A stretch of DNA of 17,539 bases. It comes from Thermodesulfobacteriota bacterium. GTDB taxonomy: Bacteria; Desulfobacterota; Desulfobacteria; Desulfobacterales; SURF-7. This document shows, in pieces, positions 10,551 through 17,539 of this stretch. The notes under the pieces were generated by a model. That model saw only the letters and a program-made list of their open reading frames with translations. It was not told the origin of the DNA and made no database searches. The stretch lies in NCBI GenBank assembly GCA_049320885.1, contig JBMORA010000015.1, forward strand, positions 1 to 17,539, written 5' to 3'. Both the position numbers and the translations under genes were made by a program. Numbering within the stretch: the stretch's first letter is position 1; each line of letters starts with the position of its first letter.

Positions 10551-11630
10551 GTCCGAACACCTGACCCGACGATGAGGGGATTGAGACCGCGGCTCGTTTC
10601 GGCGGCCTGGAAATGTCCGCTCTGAGTCCGAACACCTGACCCGACGATGAGGGGATTGAGACGGAAGAATCACGAATGCGGACTTCAAACTCATATTCAA
10701 GTCCGAACACCTGACCCGACGATGAGGGGATTGAGACATCGCGAGAGCACTCATTAACATAAAGAACTTTTTCAGTCCGAACACCTGACCCGACGATGAG
10801 GGGATTGAGACTCTAACCATAATTTAACGCAGTATAGCAGTTGTTTCAGTCCGAACACCTGACCCGACGATGAGGGGATTGAGACCTAAAAGGGAGAACG
10901 ACATCAAGCCCTTTTTCTTGACGGTCCGAACACCTGACCCGACGATGAGGGGATTGAGACTTTTTTAAAAAACATCTTCCGGTGGTCCACAATAAACTGT
11001 CCGAACACCTGACCCGACGATGAGGGGATTGAGACATCACCAGGCCGAACCGCTTAAACAGTTGTTGCATTGGTCCGAACACCTGACCCGACGATGAGGG
11101 GATTGAGACAGAACTACATCCTTATCAATTGTGATATATGTTCCGGTCCGAACACCTGACCCGACGATGAGGGGATTGAGACGATTTAATGACCCACCTA
11201 TGCCCAAAAGGCATAAAACAGTCCGAACACCTGACCCGACGATGAGGGGATTGAGACACCGTCGATACCCACATTCTCTGACTGCGTAGGACGTCCGAAC
11301 ACCTGACCCGACGATGAGGGGATTGAGACTCCGGAATGTTTTGGGAGAAAATTATCTGATAGTTCAGTCCGAACACCTGACCCGACGATGAGGGGATTGA
11401 GACTCCGGAATGTTTTGGGAGAAAATTATCTGATAGTTCAGTCCGAACACCTGACCCGACGATGAGGGGATTGAGACGAATAGGCTCACCGCTGTATTGA
11501 CGGCCTTTTGAAAAAGGTCCGAACACCTGACCCGATGATGAGGGGGGGATTGAGACTCATTTATTCGTGCCAGCTTCATGTCCCGATAATAACGTCCGAA
11601 CACCTGACCCGACGATGAGGGGATTGAGAG
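10551..11630 (+). CRISPR. CRISPR array: 15 repeats (GTCCGAACACCTGACCCGACGATGAGGGGATTGAGAC, 37 bp) and 14 spacers of 35-39 bp
   Basis: Repeats start at 10551, 10626, 10701, 10775, 10849, 10924, 10999, 11073, 11146, 11221, 11293, 11367, 11441, 11517 and 11594. Plus orientation is supported by the 3' ATTGAGAC handle, the leader on the left and variant repeats 14 and 15 on the right. Confidence 0.99.
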
Positions 11631-11635
11631 AAAAC

Positions 11636-11663
11636 AGACTGAAGGCTATAGACTGTAGACCGA
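11636..11663 (+). repeat. Degenerate heptamer tandem repeat (AGACTGN-like) just after the array
   Basis: AGACTGA AGGCTAT AGACTGT AGACCGA read directly. Confidence 0.65.
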
Positions 11664-11707
11664 AAGGTGCTTGAAACGTTGGCCAGAAGATTAAGAATTA
11701 ATGGTAC

Positions 11708-11737
11708 TTGACTTAATTGGATTGCTTTGCTTTAAGT
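11708..11737 (+). promoter_or_regulatory. Candidate sigma70 promoter for the cas10 operon
   Basis: TTGACT at 11708-11713 in an AT-rich stretch. The -10 match (TTTAAG/TTAAGT at 11731-11737) is weak. Confidence 0.3.
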
Positions 11738-12028
11738 AAACAAAGTTCATCAACAACGAAATTTTAAGATTTATCAAGCGATAAAAATACCAGAGAGTGA
11801 GTTTCAAAGTTTCTGCTGGACTTTTCGAAGGGATTTATTCCTTTCTTGCGACAGATTGCATACCCAGGGGCTGCCCCATCGTAACTTCCATATGCGGAGG
11901 GCCTTACCAATTTCCTGATGTTGCCGGCATTCAGCGAAAAAATACTTTTGAGAATAAAACACCATTCGGGTTGAAGAAAATAGACTCTGCTCCAACTGAA
12001 GCGAAAAATACAAAGCATGGAGGAACTA

Positions 12029-12103
12029 ATGGGAAAAAATATTCCGGTGTATCGAAATCGGATACAGAAAGAGTTGAAAGTGGAGGTGGCTCAATGGACA
12101 TGA
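12029..12103 (+). CDS. Putative 24-aa upstream ORF (MGKNIPVYRNRIQKELKVEVAQWT) coupled to cas10
   Basis: GGAGG at 12019-12023, ATG at 12029. Stop TGA 12101-12103 overlaps the in-frame cas10 ATG at 12100 (ATGA). Confidence 0.45.
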   Translation: MGKNIPVYRNRIQKELKVEVAQWT

Positions 12104-13659
12104 ATCGTTCTCAATTGGTGGTAATGGATTTTCCTGGGATCAAACAATATGTTTTCGGCACGGACCGGTTGGTTGAAATCCGTGGAGCCAGTGCTCTGCT
12201 GGATCAGCTCAATCGCAAACATGTCCCCGAATTGATGCGGCAATATTTTGGAAACGAACAATTTAAAACGATTTTTTCGGGAGGCGGTTCCGCGCAATTC
12301 ATTGTTAATGACACCCCCGTAAGCACAAAAGAGAAAATTCGTAAAGTCCAGGGAGAAATTTATCTAAAGACCGGTGGAGCACTGAATCTGTTCGCAGGGA
12401 TAGCATTGTATCAGGACGATTACCATAAAGCCATACAACAGGCTTTTTTTGATCTAAAAAGAAATATACAGCAACACCCATTCAGGCCTTGTTCATCTTT
12501 TCACACTGGTTTTATTAAAGAGTGTGAAAGCTGCTCTGGCATGGCCAGTGATATGACACAATATGCTGGGGAGGATAGATGGCTATGCCAGGTATGTATA
12601 AAAAAGGAAAATGCGGGACGACAGCGGGGGTTGTGGAAAGAATTTTCTGTACATTTAGAAAAACAAGGAAGAGACCCTAACCAGACCCTTGAATGGCGGC
12701 CAAGCAATTTTGAGGAAATCGGCGACCGCTGTGAAGCTCGACCCGGTTATACAGCTCTGGTGTATGGAGATGGAAATGCTATGGGTCAGTTAGTAAAACA
12801 GATCAATACACAAGATCGTTTTCAACGATTTTCTCAAACCGTGGACGAGGCGGTGCGAGATGCCTGCTATGAGGCCTTATGGCTGTGCTATAACAAACCA
12901 ATTGCGGGGAAAATACCTTCGGATATCCTGTTGCTTGGTGGGGACGATATAATAGTATATCTTACTGCGGATAAGGCGCTGCCCTTTGCCATTGAAGCAG
13001 CAAAACGCTTCGAAGAAAAAACCCGCCAAAAATTATGCATCGAAGGCAAGGACGATTTTTTCAGAAAAAATCTTAACGGTCGTGGACTGACGCTTTCTTT
13101 GGGTATCGCATATGCAAAATCCCACACTCCCATTTCCATGATGGTTGACCAAGCCGAAGAACTGCTTAAGATAGCAAAGAAAAAAGGCACCGATTTGGCT
13201 GACGGTTGTAGTTATACGCCAGCTTGTCTTGATTTTCATTTTTCCAACCATTTCAACCAGGTTTCCGTTTCAGATAGTCGATGCCAACACCTGATAAAAA
13301 AAACATCGTCTAACGAAAAAATCCGTCTCTATCGCGGTCCCTACACCCTGGATGAAGCCGAGGCACTTTTTCATCACGCCTACCAGCTGAAACAAAGCGG
13401 GATGCCCAGTTCCCGGATTCATCGAATGGGGGATGCCCCTTTTATGGGAAAGGTAAACGCAACAATTGAAACCATGACTCTGTTAGGCCGCTGCGAGAGC
13501 CAGTCACAAAGAAACGTTTTAATTAAAGCACTTGATCATTTTGGATGCACATCTGTCATTCCCTGGAAAATCGATCCATCGGAAACGACAACCGTGATAG
13601 TGGATCTGTTAAAAATAGCTGAATTCATTAAAAAGGAGAACCACCCTTATGCACCATAA
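12094..13659 (+). CDS. cas10: Type III large subunit Cas10, compact (~520 aa), no HD nuclease domain
   Basis: Begins directly with Palm1 (MDFPGIKQYVF..LVEIRGASALL, FSGGGS), then Zn finger CESC...CQVC and Palm2 YGDGNAMG...LLLGGDDI...LSLGIA. Start 12094 (or 12100) follows GGAGG at 12082-12086. Confidence 0.95.
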   Translation: MDMNRSQLVVMDFPGIKQYVFGTDRLVEIRGASALLDQLNRKHVPELMRQYFGNEQFKTIFSGGGSAQFIVNDTPVSTKEKIRKVQGEIYLKTGGALNLFAGIALYQDDYHKAIQQAFFDLKRNIQQHPFRPCSSFHTGFIKECESCSGMASDMTQYAGEDRWLCQVCIKKENAGRQRGLWKEFSVHLEKQGRDPNQTLEWRPSNFEEIGDRCEARPGYTALVYGDGNAMGQLVKQINTQDRFQRFSQTVDEAVRDACYEALWLCYNKPIAGKIPSDILLLGGDDIIVYLTADKALPFAIEAAKRFEEKTRQKLCIEGKDDFFRKNLNGRGLTLSLGIAYAKSHTPISMMVDQAEELLKIAKKKGTDLADGCSYTPACLDFHFSNHFNQVSVSDSRCQHLIKKTSSNEKIRLYRGPYTLDEAEALFHHAYQLKQSGMPSSRIHRMGDAPFMGKVNATIETMTLLGRCESQSQRNVLIKALDHFGCTSVIPWKIDPSETTTVIVDLLKIAEFIKKENHPYAP

Positions 13660-14365
13660 CATCCAACTTGATCTCGAAATAAATTTTTCATCACGCTGGC
13701 ACGCCGGTTCGGGAGAGGGCAGTTTTTCGACAGACCGCCTGGTACGCCGGGGTACCCGGAACCAACCGTTTATACCAGCCAGTACACTTAAAGGCATTGT
13801 ACGGCAAAACTGCGAAAAAGTTTCCCGTACACTGGGGTTTCCGGATCCATCAGACCCGCATCAGGTTGATTTGAATCAGAATCAGGCTTTCGTCCCTCTC
13901 AAACAAGTAAACTCGCCCATTGATCTTATTTTCGGCACCAAATTTGAACCTGGTGGGCTTTTTTTCCGAGACGCTCGCCCAAGGAATGATACGGATTACT
14001 TTGAATCGTTTACCCGCAACCGAACCGCGCGCTACCGTATATTAAAAACAGTCAGAGACAAGCATCTTTTTTCCTCTGAATACATCCCGGAAGGGATAGT
14101 CTTATTCACTAGAATCGACGGCTGGCATAACAACCTGGTAAGCATAGATGACTCCTATCCGCCATTTGCCTATTGCTTTTTAATTGCCGGGATTCTGTCA
14201 GTGGAACGTATCGGTGGCGATAAGAGTACAGGGGCCGGGCATCTTTATGGTCCTATCCGCATCAAGTACGCCGCATATAACCAAAAGCCTGTCAACTTGG
14301 AAGAGGTAATCGACTTTGAACTCCTGACGTATCAGAATTACCTGGAGATGAAAGGAGTAATATGA
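13649..14365 (+). CDS. cas7: RAMP-superfamily Cas7 (Csm3-like) subunit
   Basis: WHAGSG...TD, PFIPASTLKGIVR, IFG and G-rich loop IGGDKSTGAG; overlaps the cas10 stop. Confidence 0.9.
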   Translation: MHHNIQLDLEINFSSRWHAGSGEGSFSTDRLVRRGTRNQPFIPASTLKGIVRQNCEKVSRTLGFPDPSDPHQVDLNQNQAFVPLKQVNSPIDLIFGTKFEPGGLFFRDARPRNDTDYFESFTRNRTARYRILKTVRDKHLFSSEYIPEGIVLFTRIDGWHNNLVSIDDSYPPFAYCFLIAGILSVERIGGDKSTGAGHLYGPIRIKYAAYNQKPVNLEEVIDFELLTYQNYLEMKGVI

Positions 14366-15504
14366 ACTACTATTGTTTAAGCGCCGAGTTGATGGCCTGT
14401 TTGATGATCCAGGAAAACCGCCAGACCAGCGCGCCAAGCGGTCTACCCTATCTACCGGGTAGCAGTCTTCGGGGATCTGTTGCTGCACATTATTTGCGTA
14501 CTGCTGGTACACCCCAGGATGCAATTTTCAGAGAGATGTTCATTAATCAACCAATATTTTTCCCGGACATGTTACCGGCTATGAGACCAGACACAATATC
14601 TTATTCCCTGCCCGCAACAGCATGTTCCTGCAAACGCACCCCCGGATTTAAAACGAAAAACGGCCATGGTGTCGGCGATGTTCTGGCGGATCTGGCTGCC
14701 GCCGATTTTGACGGGCGGCCTATCAGTAACACCTGTGATATCTGTCAGCAGGACATGAAGCCCTTTCATGGATTTTGGAACGGTGATCCAATTGCTCCTG
14801 AAAAAACTGAACCAACCCTCGTATATCAGCGGCATACGGGCATTGACCGCCATACAGGCACCGTGGCCCCTTCTATTTTTTATATTACCCAGGGTATCGC
14901 CGATAACCGCATTGGGGATGACCTGGTGCATTATCCACAGTACCTGACCGCCGGTGTATTTTTAGACGGAAACCAATTAACCTTTTTAAACAATCAGTTT
15001 AGCACAAGCATTTTTGCCGGTGCAGACCGGACCCGGGGGATGGGAGAAATGCGGATAGAACTGAATCCAGCGACACCTTTCGATTTTGACCTACAGGACT
15101 GGAACCATAGCTTTCGTAAAAAATTGAGCCGATTGACTCAGAGGGAAATACCCGCCGGACTTTACTTCAGTATCGGACTTGCCAGTCACGCAATCTTTGT
15201 TGACAGTTATTTAAGACCAAGCTGTGAATTTACTATTGGTTATCCTGAAGTCTCAGTGGTTACCCGGATGATCAGAAAGCAGACTATAAGGGGCTGGCAA
15301 TCGAGCTGGCGGCTCCCCAAGCCAGAGGATATTGCCGTAGCCATGGGAGGAGTATATCTTTTTCGATATGAAGGCAAAGATATCAAAGGACTCAAGACTT
15401 TTTTAGAAAACTTGGCAATAAATGGGATCGGCCTTCGACGCCCCGAAGGATTTGGCCGCATCCAGGTTTGCAACCCCTTGCATATTCAGGAGGATATCAT
15501 CTGA
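14362..15504 (+). CDS. csx10: Cas5-group RAMP, Csx10-like
   Basis: YLPGSSLRGSVA, CSCKRTPGF, HTGIDRHTGT, GADRTRGMG, RGWQSSWRLPK and terminal GIGLRRPEGFGRI. Position after cas10-cas7 matches type III-D operons. Confidence 0.85.
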   Translation: MNYYCLSAELMACLMIQENRQTSAPSGLPYLPGSSLRGSVAAHYLRTAGTPQDAIFREMFINQPIFFPDMLPAMRPDTISYSLPATACSCKRTPGFKTKNGHGVGDVLADLAAADFDGRPISNTCDICQQDMKPFHGFWNGDPIAPEKTEPTLVYQRHTGIDRHTGTVAPSIFYITQGIADNRIGDDLVHYPQYLTAGVFLDGNQLTFLNNQFSTSIFAGADRTRGMGEMRIELNPATPFDFDLQDWNHSFRKKLSRLTQREIPAGLYFSIGLASHAIFVDSYLRPSCEFTIGYPEVSVVTRMIRKQTIRGWQSSWRLPKPEDIAVAMGGVYLFRYEGKDIKGLKTFLENLAINGIGLRRPEGFGRIQVCNPLHIQEDII

Positions 15505-15932
15505 TGAGCATCGCCCAAAATGAAACCGTTGTTTTGGATAAAAAAACGGAACAAGAAATCGATCTGTTTTTAGAAGCGTTCTATGAATCTGGAAAAACAC
15601 AAGAAGCTGGCCAGCAAATGGTGAACAGCCAGCTGAAAACCTCCCAAGTCCGTGGTCTGGAAAACCTGATAACCGCAACGACACGGTTTTCGGAGATTGT
15701 CAATTACATCAAAAACCAAACCGGCAAAAAAAAGACGGAATGGCAGACCGTAGGCCCCCTGCTGTTAGATCAGCTTAACGATATTGAAATCAAAGCCAAT
15801 GAAATCAGATCAATAAGTCCGGCGTTAAAGATGGAAATCAAACTAAACCTGGCCAGGGGGTGGGCTCGGCAAGTGGTAGCGCACTATTTTTATAAAGCCC
15901 CAATTAAAGGAGGGCACGTCGATGATGAATGA
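15504..15932 (+). CDS. Putative Cas11 (Csm2-like) small subunit, copy 1 (142 aa)
   Basis: ATG overlaps the csx10 stop (TGATG), RBS GGAGG at 15489-15493. Helical-looking sequence with SQVRGLENL..YIKNQTGK..W; typical small-subunit position. Confidence 0.7.
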   Translation: MSIAQNETVVLDKKTEQEIDLFLEAFYESGKTQEAGQQMVNSQLKTSQVRGLENLITATTRFSEIVNYIKNQTGKKKTEWQTVGPLLLDQLNDIEIKANEIRSISPALKMEIKLNLARGWARQVVAHYFYKAPIKGGHVDDE

Positions 15933-16404
15933 TTTCCTTTTTTCACAGGATTTCGAAATGTTTATGGATGAAGCATTGAGAATCGAAGCAATCAAGGCAG
16001 TCGATGCTATTATTTGCAAGAGTGAAAAAGCGATTTCACGTCACCAACTGCATTCCATCCCAAGCGTGATACAGGGAGCAGGGCTTTCAGGCCTGAAACA
16101 CCTAGTAAAAAAACAAAAAGAGAAAAATATCAACAATGTCAACAAGGACTTCTGGTTGGAAATCGACGGACTTTTATCCGATACAGGCGGATCGGCCATC
16201 TCCCTTTTTCGATTTCTTAAGACCTACCTGCTCGAACGTGGCTTGATTGAAAACGAAGACCATCTACAAGACAAAAATGACCAAAAACAGGTTCGGAAAA
16301 GAAACAAGGATTTGGTTGAAATGGTGATGAGCCGAATTTTAGGCATTTATTTCGAGCATTTCAATTGCCACTATTACTATAAAACCCATGGAGGTTTACG
16401 ATGA
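15922..16404 (+). CDS. Putative Cas11-like small subunit, copy 2 (160 aa)
   Basis: RBS GGAGG, overlaps both neighbours. Helical-looking, with ISRHQLHSI..KKQKEK..FW..HYYYK paralleling copy 1. Confidence 0.55.
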   Translation: MMNDFLFSQDFEMFMDEALRIEAIKAVDAIICKSEKAISRHQLHSIPSVIQGAGLSGLKHLVKKQKEKNINNVNKDFWLEIDGLLSDTGGSAISLFRFLKTYLLERGLIENEDHLQDKNDQKQVRKRNKDLVEMVMSRILGIYFEHFNCHYYYKTHGGLR

Positions 16405-17207
16405 ACCAAACTCGGTTCGAACGACAAATCAGAATATCGGGCAGGCTGATTTTTGATACGGCTTTTCATATCGGTACTGGCAGGGAAGGAGAATTGGCGA
16501 CCGATATGGGTGTGCTTAAGGATGAGAAAGACTGGCCTGTGCTGCCTGGCTCCACCTTGAAGGGCAGTTTCCGCGCCGGCGCAGAAAAACTTGCAAGTTA
16601 TCTGGGACTGTCCGCATGCATGCTTGACAACGATATCTCAGGTCAACGCTGTGTTGGTGATCAACAGTATTTTCGAAAAGTAAACGAAACTTTTAAGTCC
16701 CAAAAGAGCGAAATGGACAAGTTGAACTGGCTCAAGAAAAACACCTGCAATATCTGCCAACTGTTCGGTTCGCCCTTGCAGGCCTCGCGCATTTTTTTCA
16801 GCGACGGCAAACTGTCAAGATGGCAGGGCCGATACCAAGTGCGTGACGGTGTGGTCATCGACCGTGATTCCGGTACTGCTCGACCCAGGTTGAAATATAA
16901 TTTCGAGGTGGCATCTCGTGACACAGCTTTTGAAATATGCATTGATCTGGAAAACCCGGAAGCAAAGGAATTGGCTATAGTAGGCGCGGTCCTATCGGAA
17001 TGGCAAAGCGGGTTCCGCCTGGGTGGCTTCACTTCCAGAGGACTGGGCCGCGTAGTACTGACCAATATCAAAACCGAGCAGGTGGATTATAGAAACGCCG
17101 CTCATCTGAAGGATTATTTGTTATTGCGTCGGATGCAGCCAGCAGATGGCTTGCTCCCCCAAACCCTGCAAAATGTCCTGATCAATCAGGGAGGTGTGTC
17201 ATGTTGA
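16401..17207 (+). CDS. cas7: Cas7-group RAMP (Csx7/Csm3-like backbone subunit)
   Basis: FHIGTG..ATD, PVLPGSTLKGSFR, CNICQLFGS, VRDGVVIDRDSGTA and LGGFTSRGLG. Confidence 0.92.
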   Translation: MNQTRFERQIRISGRLIFDTAFHIGTGREGELATDMGVLKDEKDWPVLPGSTLKGSFRAGAEKLASYLGLSACMLDNDISGQRCVGDQQYFRKVNETFKSQKSEMDKLNWLKKNTCNICQLFGSPLQASRIFFSDGKLSRWQGRYQVRDGVVIDRDSGTARPRLKYNFEVASRDTAFEICIDLENPEAKELAIVGAVLSEWQSGFRLGGFTSRGLGRVVLTNIKTEQVDYRNAAHLKDYLLLRRMQPADGLLPQTLQNVLINQGGVSC

Positions 17208-17539
17208 AAAAAATGGTTAATCACGCATTGGTGGACCTGAACATCTTGCCCATTGACCCAATGTTAATCAAGTCCGGCCAAGCCACCGTAAGCGGCGTGG
17301 ACATGTCTTTTGTCAGAACCTACATGCATGGCACTGAGCCGGAACCCTTTATCCCAGGTAGTTCACTTAAAGGCGTAATCCGTTCTTACGGAGAAAAAAT
17401 CTGCCGCAGCCTAAAAGAAAATCCGGTACCGGTTTGCCTACCGTACCTCGAAAGAGACAATGAACAAAATGGAGACCGAAATCAGGCGTCCTGCGGTTCG
17501 CGAATAAAAAATTTTCTAAGAAAAACCGAACAGGATGAA
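17201..17539 (+). CDS. cas7: Cas7-group RAMP (Csx7-like), 5' part, truncated by window end
   Basis: Manual translation: MLKKMVNHALVDLNILPIDPMLIKSGQATVSGVDMSFVRTYMHGTEPEPFIPGSSLKGVIRSYGEKICRSL... RBS GGAGG; overlaps the previous stop. Confidence 0.9.
   Translation, partial: MLKKMVNHALVDLNILPIDPMLIKSGQATVSGVDMSFVRTYMHGTEPEPFIPGSSLKGVIRSYGEKICRSLKENPVPVCLPYLERDNEQNGDRNQASCGSRIKNFLRKTEQDE

Noticed and set aside
11183..11220. Internal hairpin TATGCC-CAAAA-GGCATA in spacer 9
   Set aside because: Real in sequence but most simply inherited from the protospacer; no evidence of function.
11478..11516. Spacer 13 resembling the IS5 end (CGCTGTATT..GA..G.CTTTT near 410-430)
   Set aside because: Only 9 contiguous identical bases and gaps are needed; compatible with chance.
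10533..11603. Minus-strand ORFs with repeated SQSPHRRVRCSD
   Set aside because: Translation artefacts of the CRISPR repeats.
11700..11708. AATGGTACT also present at the leader-repeat junction (10542-10550), suggesting a duplication flanking the array
   Set aside because: A 9-bp AT-rich match located 70 bp from the array end, with no other sign of a target-site duplication.
11810..11840. CTGGACTTTTCGAAGGGATTT as a degenerate repeat of a CreA/CreR-like mini-array
   Set aside because: Similarity to the repeat is limited to about GA.GGGATT, the ATTGAGAC handle is missing, and I saw no second pseudo-repeat at spacer distance.
11797..12093. 99-aa N-terminal extension of Cas10 from GTG 11797 as a possible HD or novel domain
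   Set aside because: No HD motif, no clear RBS, low-complexity ending, and a strong GGAGG precedes ATG 12094. Not formally excluded.

Overview
Bacterial window, probably from a Desulfobacterota (Desulfobacterales-like) anaerobe; this is inferred from gene content. Left to right: (i) the start of an IS5-family (IS427-group-like) transposase on the minus strand, with a visible -1 slippery site, running off the window; (ii) an SRPBCC-like gene flanked by heptamer tracts and divergent from an AraC regulator; (iii) a four-gene minus-strand beta-oxidation operon (large acyl-CoA dehydrogenase, an atypical thiolase, a non-decarboxylating glutaryl-CoA dehydrogenase-like enzyme, and a FadB-type hydratase/dehydrogenase) with a candidate sigma54 promoter; (iv) a type III CRISPR-Cas locus. 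The locus runs cas6, leader, an array of 15 repeats/14 spacers (37-bp repeat), a ~460-bp region with clustered hairpins and a 24-codon uORF, then a lower-GC, type III-D-like effector operon. That operon encodes a compact HD-less Cas10 with intact GGDD, Cas7, Csx10/Cas5, two tandem divergent Cas11-like small subunits and two more Cas7/Csx7 RAMPs, the last truncated by the window edge. No cas1/cas2 or ancillary effector is visible. The most interesting parts are the minimal, presumably signalling-only Cas10 complex with two small subunits, and the structured leader plus coupled uORF upstream of cas10.
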